Notes under the pieces: generated by a model
Database searches by the model: none
The model's input: the letters and a program-made list of their open reading frames with translations, nothing else
Told to the model about the DNA's origin: nothing
Program-made: the position numbers and the translations under genes
Shown here: positions 8,817 to 18,757 of the stretch, in pieces
Layout of the letters: every line of letters begins with the position of its first letter
Numbering within the stretch: the first letter of the stretch is position 1
DNA from: an uncultured cyanobacterium
GTDB lineage: Bacteria > Cyanobacteriota > Cyanobacteriia > Cyanobacteriales > CAWCAG01
DNA length: 64,000 nt
Direction: 5' to 3'
NCBI GenBank assembly: GCA_963793425.1
Contig: CAWCAG010000005.1
Coordinates: 384,001 to 448,000 of the forward strand

Positions 8817-10586
8817 CTATTCTGGAGTTCCGGCTAATTCCTCAACTATTTGGCGCAAATCACCAACAGCTTGCAGTTGATACTCTCCGGTTTGTTGAAA
8901 TTGAGTAACCAACTCAGAAATACCTGCTAATTTTTCTTTAGTAAGGTCAAGGTTATCTTGAAGAGGTTGTAAAGCTTCTTCATAAAGATTAACTTTACCC
9001 CAAAGCTGTGCCAAAGCTATTTGTTCTTCAGTAAGAACAGATTCTAACTCTTGTAAGCTTGCTTGTTTAGCTTCTTGCTCTTCTGCTACTTGCTTAACTT
9101 CTTCTCCTACTTGCTCAACCCCTGTTCTCACAAGCTGTGTCTCTTCTTCAAGAGCTTGTAGTTCTTGTTGCTGCTCCTGTTTTTGCCCTTCAAGCTTACT
9201 TAAAACAGGTTGCAAGTCAATATTTCGCTCTCCAGCCTCATTATCCACAATTCCTTGGCGACGGCGTAGAACCTTGATGTGTTTATTTAAAATAGATTCT
9301 TGCTCGTTGAGATTACGCAGTGTACCGACAAAACTCTCATCCAGCATTTTTTTAGCTTCTTGAGCGTCCGCTAGTTCTTCTTCTATAGCTGCTTTATCAA
9401 GGGCATTAGCCCCTTCAAGTTTTTCCTCTAATTCCTCTACATCCTGGCGCTGTAATTTCAGCTCTTCTTCTTGATCTTTAACCCCTCTTTCCCGGCGATC
9501 AAAATCTTGTTGTAGCTCATCTACGACTTTCTGTAGCTCTTCCATGGACATATTTTCTAGGGCTTCAGTATCAATTGCTTGATCCCCATCTGTGCTGGTT
9601 TCTCCTTGTGCCAACTTAGAAAGTTGATTATAAAGTTCTTCTTCTTTCTCCAGTTGACTTTTGAGCCTTGCCGCTGACTCTTCTTTCCTCTCCAGAATTT
9701 TTTGCTGAGCCAGCAAATCCTGTTTCTTTTCCTCTAATTTAACCAGTATTTCCTGAAGTTCCTGTTGTTTGTCGCTGATTTCTGCTTGCTTATTACCTAC
9801 TTCCCCTTGTTTTGCCTGAGCTTGTTCTCTTTGCTCCTCTAACTGTTGCCAGCGGTTACCAAAATTATTTTGTTGCTCGTTGGCGATTTCTAAGACTTGG
9901 TTTAAATCCTCCTGCAAGGAATCTATGGGGATTACCGTAGAAGAGAGGTATTCTACCAATTCCTTCATTCTCCCTGCCTGTTCTTCAGCCAAGCCAACTT
10001 CCGCTGGTTGAACTTCACCTTGCAAATCTTCTAACTTGCGCTGCTCTCCCCGTAGGTGTTCCCAAGCACCTTCAAGCTCTTGGCTCTTACGCTCAAACTC
10101 TTCTCTAAGTTGATCGGCTTCTTCCTTGTATTTTTGGGATTCCTGCCTAACTTTTTCAACTTCCTCTTTTTGCGCTTCTAAGCGTTCTAAATCCTCTTTG
10201 GCCTCATCAATTTGATCTAACTGGACATACATTTCCTCTTCTTTTTGTTGAATAGCCTCCATTTGGGCTTGTAAGGATTCTCGCCACTCCTCGATTTCTT
10301 TTTCTTGATCTGAAGATTTTTCAAGAAGACGACCAAACTGCTGCATTAAGGAAATAATCCTTGGTCCGGCTGGTTCAATATTGCCCTGAATCTGTTTGTT
10401 GTTTCCCAATTCAATGACAATTAAAGCGCCTTCGTTGAAGTCACCAGCTTCTTCGGCTGGAACCACTTCTTCACCTGCTACAGCACTCCAACTATCTTTG
10501 CGCTGACAAGCTAAGAGTTTAAGTTCAGTTTTGGCTCCCCCCATGAACCCGCCTTTTTGCTTTTTTACTTCTGCAAGATACAGCAC
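8817..10586 (-). CDS. hmpF: Pilus motility/taxis coiled-coil protein HmpF
   Basis: MLYLAEVKKQ...LKLLACQR N-terminus and long coiled coil; divergent from the chemotaxis-like locus. Confidence 0.85.
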   Translation of the reverse strand: MLYLAEVKKQKGGFMGGAKTELKLLACQRKDSWSAVAGEEVVPAEEAGDFNEGALIVIELGNNKQIQGNIEPAGPRIISLMQQFGRLLEKSSDQEKEIEEWRESLQAQMEAIQQKEEEMYVQLDQIDEAKEDLERLEAQKEEVEKVRQESQKYKEEADQLREEFERKSQELEGAWEHLRGEQRKLEDLQGEVQPAEVGLAEEQAGRMKELVEYLSSTVIPIDSLQEDLNQVLEIANEQQNNFGNRWQQLEEQREQAQAKQGEVGNKQAEISDKQQELQEILVKLEEKKQDLLAQQKILERKEESAARLKSQLEKEEELYNQLSKLAQGETSTDGDQAIDTEALENMSMEELQKVVDELQQDFDRRERGVKDQEEELKLQRQDVEELEEKLEGANALDKAAIEEELADAQEAKKMLDESFVGTLRNLNEQESILNKHIKVLRRRQGIVDNEAGERNIDLQPVLSKLEGQKQEQQQELQALEEETQLVRTGVEQVGEEVKQVAEEQEAKQASLQELESVLTEEQIALAQLWGKVNLYEEALQPLQDNLDLTKEKLAGISELVTQFQQTGEYQLQAVGDLRQIVEELAGTPE

Positions 10587-10711
10587 GCTGATGTTCCTCT
10601 CGATACTTGTTGTGCTTAGATTACTTGAAAGGAAAACTGTCCTTTGATAATTTATTTAGTTTAATTCAACTGTCAAATTTTCGTTATGACCCTAGCCAGA
10701 AATAGACAAAT

Positions 10712-10729
10712 TTTACAAAAAGTTACTTT
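10712..10729 (+). promoter_or_regulatory. HLR1 (RpaB)-like direct repeat
   Basis: TTTACAAA-aa-GTTACTTT, one mismatch to (G/T)TTACA(T/A)(T/A)-N2 repeat, in the hmpF/pilG intergenic region. Confidence 0.3.
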
Positions 10730-10955
10730 GTTTTAGAGGTCATTGTCGACTTTCCTTTCTGTTCTGGTATTTTAAGACCTTAGACTAAACTGAATAACAT
10801 ATAGTAAGCAAAAATAGTGTTAGTATTCAACATTTTCTGATCAGTAATTGGTTAATCCCAAAAACTTGACTAAAAATAGCTTCATTTATTTTGATTTATG
10901 GATGGCATAGTAAATCTAGCACTTTTTCACTCTTCAAGGAGCATACTCTTCCTAC

Positions 10956-12212
10956 ATGCAGGGAACTTTAAGTGAAATTGATATTCGTAGCATACTGCAA
11001 CTGATCGAACTAGGTCAGCGGACAGGGGAGCTATTTGTGGAAGCTTACCACTCTTCCCACTCTTCCCACTCTTCTCCTTCTCCTTGTCCTCGAACTGCTG
11101 ATGATGCTGACCCTTTACTGTTAAGTAAATTAAGATTAGCCCGTCCCTTCTGGTTTGTTTTTTTCTTAAATGGACAAATCACCTATGCTGCCGACAGCAG
11201 TAGTGGCGGCTTATTGCGTTTGCGAGACTATCTACATCGTTACAAGGTTGAAGAGACTTTCCCTTTGCAAGAATATAGTCAATCTATAGCTTCAACTAAT
11301 GCCCCGGAGTATGCCTACCTTTGGCTACTTTTAGAGAACCATGTTCTCTCTCCTGCCCAGGGGCGTAGTATTATTGGCCACATTGCCCAAGAAACCCTTT
11401 TTGACCTTTTAAGTCTTCATCAAGGTTCTTTTGTTTTTGAAACAGGCCCTGCCTTAGCACCTCAACTAACCACCCTAGAAACTGCTCCTTTAATCAAAAC
11501 GGTTATGAAACAAGTACAGCAGTGGAAACAGTTTCATCCCCATATCCAATCTCCTGACCAATGCCCAATTATCACCGCCAAACCCTCCCTCAGAGAAGCT
11601 CTCCCTCAAGCCACCTACCAAAACTTGGGTCACTTGGCCGATGGGAAAACCACCCTACGCAAAATTTCTCGCTACCTCAACAGAGATATTTTAACCATTG
11701 CTAAGGCAATTTACCCCTATGTTAAAAAAGGCTGGGTACAACTAAATAGTTTGGCTGGTTCTGAGCCTAGTCCACCAGTCACTCACTCTAACAACTCTTG
11801 TGGAGTTCCTCATATTCTTTGTATTGACGATGACTTGACTGTAGGCAAAGCTATTGAGCAAATTTTAAAAGCTCAAAGTATACAATCAACTATCACTAAT
11901 AATCCTATTCAAGCTCTTAGTATTGCTTTTCAAGTTGAACCTGACTTAATTTTTTGCGATATCGCCATGCCACAATTAGATGGTTATGAAATTTGTGCAA
12001 TGTTGCGTAAATCTACTGTTTTCAGACAAACACCTATTATTATGTTGACAGGAAAAGAAGGTTTTATTGACCGAGTTAGAGCGCGGATGGTAGGGTCAAC
12101 GGATTACTTAACTAAACCTTTTGGCAAAAGTGAGTTACTAACTTTGTTGGAGAAATATATCGGTTTTGGCCTGCTCAAGGACACTTCAGCAAAACCCGAA
12201 CAAACCAATTAA
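10956..12212 (+). CDS. pilG: PatA-family response regulator (PATAN plus receiver), PilG-like
   Basis: MQGTLSEIDIRSILQLIELGQRTG N-terminus; C-terminal receiver (IDDD, DIAMP, KPF). Confidence 0.8.
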   Translation: MQGTLSEIDIRSILQLIELGQRTGELFVEAYHSSHSSHSSPSPCPRTADDADPLLLSKLRLARPFWFVFFLNGQITYAADSSSGGLLRLRDYLHRYKVEETFPLQEYSQSIASTNAPEYAYLWLLLENHVLSPAQGRSIIGHIAQETLFDLLSLHQGSFVFETGPALAPQLTTLETAPLIKTVMKQVQQWKQFHPHIQSPDQCPIITAKPSLREALPQATYQNLGHLADGKTTLRKISRYLNRDILTIAKAIYPYVKKGWVQLNSLAGSEPSPPVTHSNNSCGVPHILCIDDDLTVGKAIEQILKAQSIQSTITNNPIQALSIAFQVEPDLIFCDIAMPQLDGYEICAMLRKSTVFRQTPIIMLTGKEGFIDRVRARMVGSTDYLTKPFGKSELLTLLEKYIGFGLLKDTSAKPEQTN

Positions 12213-12373
12213 GTAGCAAGAGATAATAATATTATAAGGAGACACCAAGATTTAATCCAGGTAGCTCCTAACATAGACATACATATTACAAAAATCATCA
12301 TAAATTTAAGTGCGAGTAATAAAATGTGGGTTCCATTTACATCAACGCTAACCGACAAATCGGGTAGGGAGTT

Positions 12374-12739
12374 ATGAGTAAAGTTTTGGTTGTAGAAGAC
12401 AGCCTTGCCCAACGACAAATGATCTCAGACCTCCTCAAAGGCAGTGGTTTAAACGTCACTGTGGCCAGTGATGGTGTGGAAGCCTTAGAGCAGATTCAAC
12501 ACATTAGTCCTGATCTGGTAGTGTTGGATATCGTTATGCCTCGGATGAATGGTTACGAGGTCTGTCGAAGACTCAAAGCCGACCCCAAAACCCAGGATGT
12601 ACCAGTAGTAATGTGTTCTTCCAAAGGTGAAGAATTTGACCGCTATTGGGGCATGAAGCAAGGAGCTGATGCTTATATAGCCAAGCCTTTTCAGCCAACG
12701 GAGTTAATTGGTACCGTCAAACAACTGCTCAGGGGATAA
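12374..12739 (+). CDS. pilH: CheY-like response regulator PilH/HmpB
   Basis: Single receiver domain; DIVMPRMNGYEVCR and DRYWGMKQGADAYIAKPF. Confidence 0.85.
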   Translation: MSKVLVVEDSLAQRQMISDLLKGSGLNVTVASDGVEALEQIQHISPDLVVLDIVMPRMNGYEVCRRLKADPKTQDVPVVMCSSKGEEFDRYWGMKQGADAYIAKPFQPTELIGTVKQLLRG

Positions 12740-12760
12740 ATAGGAAAAAGGAAGGAAAAT

Positions 12761-13294
12761 ATGGTCGGCAATCCAGACTTTTTGACCGATAGTGGGCAAC
12801 AAGATCTTACCCAAGATATTCAGGAACTAGAAACCCCTGAAGGAGAACTGCACCTGAGATTTTATATCGCTTCTGGTCAAGAATTTGCCTTACCGGCTAT
12901 GGGAATCAAAGAAGTAATTGCCCAACCCCTTGATTGGGTTACTCCTATTCCCAACATTTCTCCTCTGTTGCTGGGAACAGTAAATTTGAGGGGGCAAGTA
13001 ATTTGGGTTGCTGATCTTGGTCAATTTTTAGGGGATACAACAGCTCTCAACACTGAGCGACCAGAAATAATGGTTATTGCTATCGAAGACCAAGAAAGTA
13101 TTCTCGGATTAGCGATTGATGAAATTAACTGTATGGATTGGCTAGATATTGAGCAAACCCAAATGCCCACAAATGTTCCTGATAGTATGCTGCCCTTTGT
13201 ACCTAGAGAATGGGTTTTAAATGAAAATTCTCAACATACTTTAGGGTTGCTAAACCAGATAGCTATCTTACGCTCTGCAAGGTGGGCCGCGTGA
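12761..13294 (+). CDS. pilI: CheW-like protein PilI/HmpC
   Basis: TPIPN...LLGTVNLRGQVIWVADL CheW motif. Confidence 0.85.
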   Translation: MVGNPDFLTDSGQQDLTQDIQELETPEGELHLRFYIASGQEFALPAMGIKEVIAQPLDWVTPIPNISPLLLGTVNLRGQVIWVADLGQFLGDTTALNTERPEIMVIAIEDQESILGLAIDEINCMDWLDIEQTQMPTNVPDSMLPFVPREWVLNENSQHTLGLLNQIAILRSARWAA

Positions 13295-13474
13295 AACAGA
13301 GCAGATTGATATTGATCAGCATCTTGATATTTAAAATAAACTTATTTTATGTGCTTCTAGGATTTTGTCTGTAGCCAGTCATGATTAGGTCAGTGGCAAA
13401 AGCCCTAGAATAGACGGAATAACAAAACTGACAACTGGTAACAGATGAAGGCTCAGCGGATGAGGATAAGGTAA

Positions 13475-16402
13475 ATGCGCTCAAGTACTGACTACGAACA
13501 TGAATACGGGCAAGCCGCAAAAGCATACGCTCAAGGCAAATATGAAGAAGCTGCGCAAATGATTGACCTTTTAGCAGCAGATTTTCCAGAAGAAGCGAGC
13601 GCCGCTTTACTGCGAGGTCATACCTACTATGCTTTACAACAGTATGATGTAGCAAAAGAACAATATGAATTAGTTCTTCAACTCAGTGAAGAACAAGAAT
13701 ATCTAGAATATGCTAGTAATGGCTTAGAGTCTATAGGCGAAATTCAAGCTCAAGGAGAAGAAGACTTTCCTAATAACAACGGTATGGCAGCAGATACGGC
13801 GGCTATGCCAGAATCTGATACTCCTGAGATTGAAAATGACTACTCTTTAGAAGAAGAGAACTTAGAAGACTATCAAGATTTGCCAGCAGAAGGAGAGGAA
13901 CAACTTCTTAGTGCTGAGGATAACTTTGATCTTGGTAGCTTTGATTTCAGTGAAGATGATTTTAGTGCCGATTCTTTAGCTGATTTACCCTCAGAATCAG
14001 AACAGGCTTCGAGTCCTTTTGGCGATGCTGAGGCTAATAATTTTAGCCCCTCTGGGGATGACTATGAGAATTTAGAAGATACAAGTAACCCTTTTGCTTC
14101 TGAAGAGGCGCTGAATGAAACTTGGCAACAAGACGGAGAAGAAGCACCTTTTGATAATGGTTTCTCCCTGGATGAAAGTTTTAGCGATAGCACCCTACAG
14201 GAAGAAGAGAACATTTTTGATGAGCTTCCTGAAGATAATTCAAGTGCCACCTTTGTTATTCCCCCCAACGGTAGTTTTGAGCAAAACCCTGGCTTAGAAG
14301 ATTTTCCCCCAGAGTTTGATGCTCAAGCAGAAGAAACCTTTGAGGAGATTGCTGCTGAACCAACTCCTTCTGGAAACTCTCAGCCTCAAAATTTCCAAGA
14401 AACCCTCCTCATGTCTTCTGGAGAATTGCAAGATACATTTGAGCAAGAAGGGGAAAATTTAGGTCATTTCAATGAGCAAGAATTAGATCAAGCAGAACAA
14501 TTTTTAGAAGACTCCTACCATAATTCAGAAGGAAATGGCTCTAGCTCCCAAGAGGACTTTGACAGTTTTCAAGACTTTGATAGCGCTTTTGGGGATGATT
14601 CTTTCTCTGTAGAGCAAGAAAATGGTTTTGTTTCAGGAGATAGTCCTGATGAGCAGAGTGAAGCTGGAGGTTTTCTAGAAGAATTTGATGTCTTCAATGA
14701 TGATCTTGGTAGTGTTCCCTTTGATATGCCAGAAGTTGATAGTGCCAGTATGGGCAGTAGTGGTGATCTGGCTGATTCAAGTTTTGATTTTGATAGCCAA
14801 CCGAGTCTAGCTTCTTCAGGAGTTCATGCTGCTCAAGAAAATACTGCGAGTGGTGAAGGCTTTGGTATTACTGATACTCCAGCTAATGTAGCCACTAATT
14901 TTACTAGCCCCACAGAACTTGAGGTAGAACCGAGTATTCAAGGAGAACAAGGATTACTGGGGTTCTATGAAAACGCTCCTTTAGAAAAGAAGAATTTGCT
15001 CCAGGCTTTAATTGCCGGGGGAGTTTCTATGATTGCTGTGGCCACAGTTAGTTTTGGGGCTGCTAATCTTGCTCCTGAAGATAGTAAAGCTACGGTAATT
15101 CCTTACTTAAGAGGAGCTGGGTTGGTAACTACTCTCATTGCTGGGGTAGCTGGTTTTGGTACAACTTGGTTTTTAGGTCAAAAAACAGCTAAGCAAATCA
15201 AAAGAGCTACCAATGATTTACAAGGACAATTTGACTCAGTGTGTCAGGGTAATCTTAATGCCAAGGCAACAGTTTACACTGAAGATGAGTTTGGACGCTT
15301 AGCAGCAGGCTTTAACCAAATGGCTAGGGTGATTTTGACCACCACTAGCGAAGCTCAGCGTAAAGCAGATGAACAAGAGCAACAAAAGGAAGATTTACAA
15401 CGGCAAGTTATTCGCTTACTTGATGATGTAGAAGGTGCAGCTAGAGGAGATTTGACTGTCCAAGCAGAGGTTACAGCAGACGTATTAGGAGCGGTAGCTG
15501 ATGCTTTTAACTTAACAATTCAAAACCTCAGAGAAATTGTCCAACAGGTTAAACAAGCAGCAAGGCAAGTTAACAAAAACTCTACAGATAGTGAATCTTT
15601 TGCCCGTGGTTTATCTAGTGATGCCCTGCGCCAAGCAGAAGAGTTAGCTGTCACCCTAAATTCGGTGCAAATGATGACTGACTCAATTCAACGGGTGGCA
15701 GAAAATGCCCGTGAAGCTGAGGATGTGGCTCGTTCCGCCTCTTCTACTGCCCTTAAGGGTGGGGAAGCGGTGGAACATACAGTTGCTGGGATTTTACAAA
15801 TTAGGGAAACTGTAGCAGAAACCACCCGTAAAGTTAAGCGCTTAGGAGAGTCATCCCAGAAAATTGGTCAAATTGTCCAGGTAATTGCTCAAATTGCTGC
15901 TAGGACTAACTTACTTGCTCTTAATGCTTCCATCGAAGCAGCTAGGGCAGGGGAAGCGGGTAAAGGTTTTGCGATTGTGGCAGATGAAGTACGTCAGTTA
16001 GCTGATAGATCCGCTAAAGCCTTAAAAGAAATTGAACAAATTGTGCTGCAAATTCAGGGGGAAACTAGCTCTGTAATGACAGCAATGGAAGAAGGTACAC
16101 AACAAGTTATTGATGGTACAAAACGGGCAGAACAAGCTAAGCGCTCCTTAGAAGATATCGTACAAGTATCTAATCGTATTGATGCTTTAGTCCGCTCCAT
16201 TGCCGCAGATACCGTAGAACAAACGGAAACCTCCAAAGCTGTTGCTCAGGTTATGCAATCTGTAGAACTAACAGCCCAAGAAACTTCTCAAGAATCTCAA
16301 CGAGTTTCTTCTGCTTTACAAAACTTAGTTACCATTGCTAGAGACTTATTATCAGGGGTAGAACGCTTCCGGGTAGAAGCTACTGATAATAAAAAGAACT
16401 AA
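13475..16402 (+). CDS. pilJ: Methyl-accepting chemotaxis protein PilJ/HmpD (TPR, acidic linker, TM, HAMP, MCP)
   Basis: [34 protein letters not shown] signalling tip; [17 protein letters not shown]. Confidence 0.9.
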   Translation: MRSSTDYEHEYGQAAKAYAQGKYEEAAQMIDLLAADFPEEASAALLRGHTYYALQQYDVAKEQYELVLQLSEEQEYLEYASNGLESIGEIQAQGEEDFPNNNGMAADTAAMPESDTPEIENDYSLEEENLEDYQDLPAEGEEQLLSAEDNFDLGSFDFSEDDFSADSLADLPSESEQASSPFGDAEANNFSPSGDDYENLEDTSNPFASEEALNETWQQDGEEAPFDNGFSLDESFSDSTLQEEENIFDELPEDNSSATFVIPPNGSFEQNPGLEDFPPEFDAQAEETFEEIAAEPTPSGNSQPQNFQETLLMSSGELQDTFEQEGENLGHFNEQELDQAEQFLEDSYHNSEGNGSSSQEDFDSFQDFDSAFGDDSFSVEQENGFVSGDSPDEQSEAGGFLEEFDVFNDDLGSVPFDMPEVDSASMGSSGDLADSSFDFDSQPSLASSGVHAAQENTASGEGFGITDTPANVATNFTSPTELEVEPSIQGEQGLLGFYENAPLEKKNLLQALIAGGVSMIAVATVSFGAANLAPEDSKATVIPYLRGAGLVTTLIAGVAGFGTTWFLGQKTAKQIKRATNDLQGQFDSVCQGNLNAKATVYTEDEFGRLAAGFNQMARVILTTTSEAQRKADEQEQQKEDLQRQVIRLLDDVEGAARGDLTVQAEVTADVLGAVADAFNLTIQNLREIVQQVKQAARQVNKNSTDSESFARGLSSDALRQAEELAVTLNSVQMMTDSIQRVAENAREAEDVARSASSTALKGGEAVEHTVAGILQIRETVAETTRKVKRLGESSQKIGQIVQVIAQIAARTNLLALNASIEAARAGEAGKGFAIVADEVRQLADRSAKALKEIEQIVLQIQGETSSVMTAMEEGTQQVIDGTKRAEQAKRSLEDIVQVSNRIDALVRSIAADTVEQTETSKAVAQVMQSVELTAQETSQESQRVSSALQNLVTIARDLLSGVERFRVEATDNKKN

Positions 16403-16441
16403 TAGTCACTAGCTAGCACTCTGGTTTTGGCGCTTTAGCCA

Positions 16442-17296
16442 ATGGCTAATGGAGATAAACATAAATTACGCTATGAAGTTAAAACCAAAGGAGTAGAAAA
16501 GTTGGCGGTTAGGAAACGACAAACAGGTATAGGAATTTGGCTAGATCGCTTATTTGCAGCAGCCCTTCTAGGAGGGCAAGTTATAGTTCATTTACTGAAG
16601 AGCAAAATTCACCGCCGTAATACCATGGAACAAATGGCAGCAGTGGGGCCAGAATCTTTAACTATTGCTCTGATTACTGCTGGTTTTGTCGGTATGGTAT
16701 TTACTATTCAAGTAGCTAGAGAGTTTATTTATCTTGGGGCAGGAACTGCTGTGGGAGGGGTTCTTTCTTTGGCTTTATCGCGGGAATTAGCTCCTGTATT
16801 AACTGCTGTTGTCTTAGCTGGGAGAGTTGGCTCAGCTTTTGCTGCTGAAATAGGTACGATGCGAGTAACAGAGCAAATCGATGCTTTGTTGATGCTGAAA
16901 ACTGATCCCATTGACTATTTGGTTATACCAAGAGTTGTTGCTTGTTGTTTAATGTTGCCTTTGTTAACGATTCTTTCATTGATTACTGGTATGGCTGGAG
17001 GTTTAGTAATTTCCACTAATTTATATGATATTGCTCCCAAAGTTTTTTTAGATTCAGCTAATAGTTTCCTGGGAGTTTGGGATTTATTTAGTGCTGCTAT
17101 TAAAGGGATGGTTTTTGGTGGACTAATTGCTGTAATCGGTTGTAGTTGGGGCTTGACAACTACTGGAGGAGCCAAAGGAGTCGGACAATCTACCACAACG
17201 GCTGTGGTGACAGCTTTGTTAGGAATCTTTATCACCAATTTCTTTCTATCTTATTTGATGTTCCAAGGTACAGGAAGTGGTGGTGTTGTTGGTTAA
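16442..17296 (+). CDS. mlaE: MlaE/Ycf63 family lipid ABC permease (start uncertain)
   Basis: RELAPVLTA, GSAFAAEIGTMRVTEQIDAL and GAKGVGQSTT. Confidence 0.9.
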   Translation: MANGDKHKLRYEVKTKGVEKLAVRKRQTGIGIWLDRLFAAALLGGQVIVHLLKSKIHRRNTMEQMAAVGPESLTIALITAGFVGMVFTIQVAREFIYLGAGTAVGGVLSLALSRELAPVLTAVVLAGRVGSAFAAEIGTMRVTEQIDALLMLKTDPIDYLVIPRVVACCLMLPLLTILSLITGMAGGLVISTNLYDIAPKVFLDSANSFLGVWDLFSAAIKGMVFGGLIAVIGCSWGLTTTGGAKGVGQSTTTAVVTALLGIFITNFFLSYLMFQGTGSGGVVG

Positions 17297-17347
17297 TTGC
17301 TAGTTGCTAGTCGGAAACCTTATTTTACCCCTTATCCTTTCTTCTCA

Positions 17348-17392
17348 CTTATTACTTATTACTTATTACTTATTACTTATTACTTATTACTT
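17348..17392 (+). repeat. Heptamer tandem repeat (CTTATTA)
   Basis: About six perfect units just upstream of ATG 17397. Confidence 0.9.
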
Positions 17393-17396
17393 AATT

Positions 17397-18167
17397 ATGG
17401 ATTGGCAAGAAATTTATGGTAGCTGGGTATTAATTCCTCGTCAGCCGATTGGTATTATACACTTCCTCGGAGGTGCTTTTGTGGCTAGCGCCCCTCATGT
17501 GACTTATCGCTGGTTATTAGAACAATTAGGAAAGCAGGGTTATGTGATAGTTGCCACACCTTTTTTGAATACATCATTAGATCATGGTGGAATCGCCAGA
17601 AGTGTACTTAATCGCTTTGAGACAATTACTCAACGCCTAGAAAATCAAGGGATTCTCAGCAAAGGCTACTTACCGATTTATGGTATTGGTCATAGTATGG
17701 GTTGCAAACTTCACTTATTAATTGGCAGTTTATACGCCGTAAAAAGAGCGGGAAATATCCTTATTTCTTATAACAATTATCCGGTACGTCGTGCTATCCC
17801 TTTTATGGATCAGTTTGCTATACCCCAAACTTTTAATGTAGAATTCACTCCATCTCCCGATGAAACTACCGCTATTATTGCTAAAAATTATTGTGTCCGA
17901 CGCAATCTGTTAATTAAGTTTACCCAAGATAATATAGACCAGACTGTAAGCCTAACTCCTGTGTTGCAAAACCTTTTTCCTAATTTAGTTGCTGCCCAAA
18001 CTCTTCCGGGCAATCATTTAACACCTTTAGGGCAAGAAATTAACTGGCAAACAGGAACAGATTTTACCCCTTTAGATGCTATTGGACAGTGGGTTAAGCA
18101 AGGAGCGTTGCGAGATGTTAAACGTCTTAATCAAGAAGTTTCTCGTTGGTTAAATCCTTTGGGTTAA
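17397..18167 (+). CDS. DUF1350 family alpha/beta hydrolase-like protein
   Basis: MDWQEIYGSW start, HFLGGAF, GHSMG nucleophile elbow and GNHLTP. Confidence 0.8.
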   Translation: MDWQEIYGSWVLIPRQPIGIIHFLGGAFVASAPHVTYRWLLEQLGKQGYVIVATPFLNTSLDHGGIARSVLNRFETITQRLENQGILSKGYLPIYGIGHSMGCKLHLLIGSLYAVKRAGNILISYNNYPVRRAIPFMDQFAIPQTFNVEFTPSPDETTAIIAKNYCVRRNLLIKFTQDNIDQTVSLTPVLQNLFPNLVAAQTLPGNHLTPLGQEINWQTGTDFTPLDAIGQWVKQGALRDVKRLNQEVSRWLNPLG

Positions 18168-18324
18168 TTGTTATTTCAAAGAAAGAAAAGCTATCAACGG
18201 GAAATGTGTCAAAGAGTTCAAGCTATGGGCGACAACCTCTATGACACACAATCAACAGTAGTGGACAGACTTCATGCAATAAAATCAAACTATCGTTGTC
18301 ATAAAGTTTGCCTACCAATATTAA

Positions 18325-18391
18325 GTAAAGGTGGGCAAAACAATTTTCTTATTAGTTAAAACTAAAGATTATTATTTTTTGCCCACCCTAC
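18325..18391. repeat. REP-like inverted repeat (GTAGGGTGGGCA family)
   Basis: gtaaaggtgggcaaaa ... ttttgcccaccctac arms around an AT-rich spacer. Confidence 0.65.
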
Positions 18392-18472
18392 AAATCTTCA
18401 TCAATTCGTCAATATCTTGTCAATTTTCATAAAAGATGATTTATCAGTAGTTAAACAACAAAGAGATGAAGT

Positions 18473-18690
18473 AGACGTTGTTTAAGCAAGATACGAAACG
18501 ATAGGGAACAAAAACATTCCTGAATCGGAGATAGTGAGGGTAACATCTTAGATTCACTATGTAGGTTTCGTAGGGCTTCTATCGCCAGCAAGTGAGGGCA
18601 TAATAGCCAATGGCTACCTGAAGTGCTAAATTTAAAGCGACAATGGGGAAAACCCGAACACAAATGAGGTGGTAATCCCGGATAGAAAGT
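18473..18690 (+). mobile_element. Probable truncated 5' (domain I) fragment of a group II intron
   Basis: Ordered blocks AGACGTTGTTTAAG, ACGATAGGG, CCTGAATCGGAGA, GGGTAACATCTTAG, GCAAGTGAGGG, GCTACCTGAAGT and GGGAAAACCCGAACA resemble cyanobacterial intron 5' ends as recalled; no RT ORF or domain V present. Confidence 0.5.
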
Positions 18691-18757
18691 AACGAGACAA
18701 TTGTTCAAAATTATATTTAGCAATTATTCATTTAGTTAGGTGAGGGAAAAGAAAGTC

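Noticed and set aside
13780..14900. Long acidic low-complexity region in PilJ
   Set aside because: Known feature of cyanobacterial PilJ/HmpD proteins
10956..17296. Chemotaxis-like operon lacking CheA and running into mlaE
   Set aside because: The same arrangement is known in Synechocystis (slr1041-1045, with CheA/PilL elsewhere), so it is not novel
17304..17396. N-terminal extension LLITYYLLLITYY of the DUF1350 ORF
   Set aside because: Translation of a heptamer repeat; the real start is probably ATG 17397
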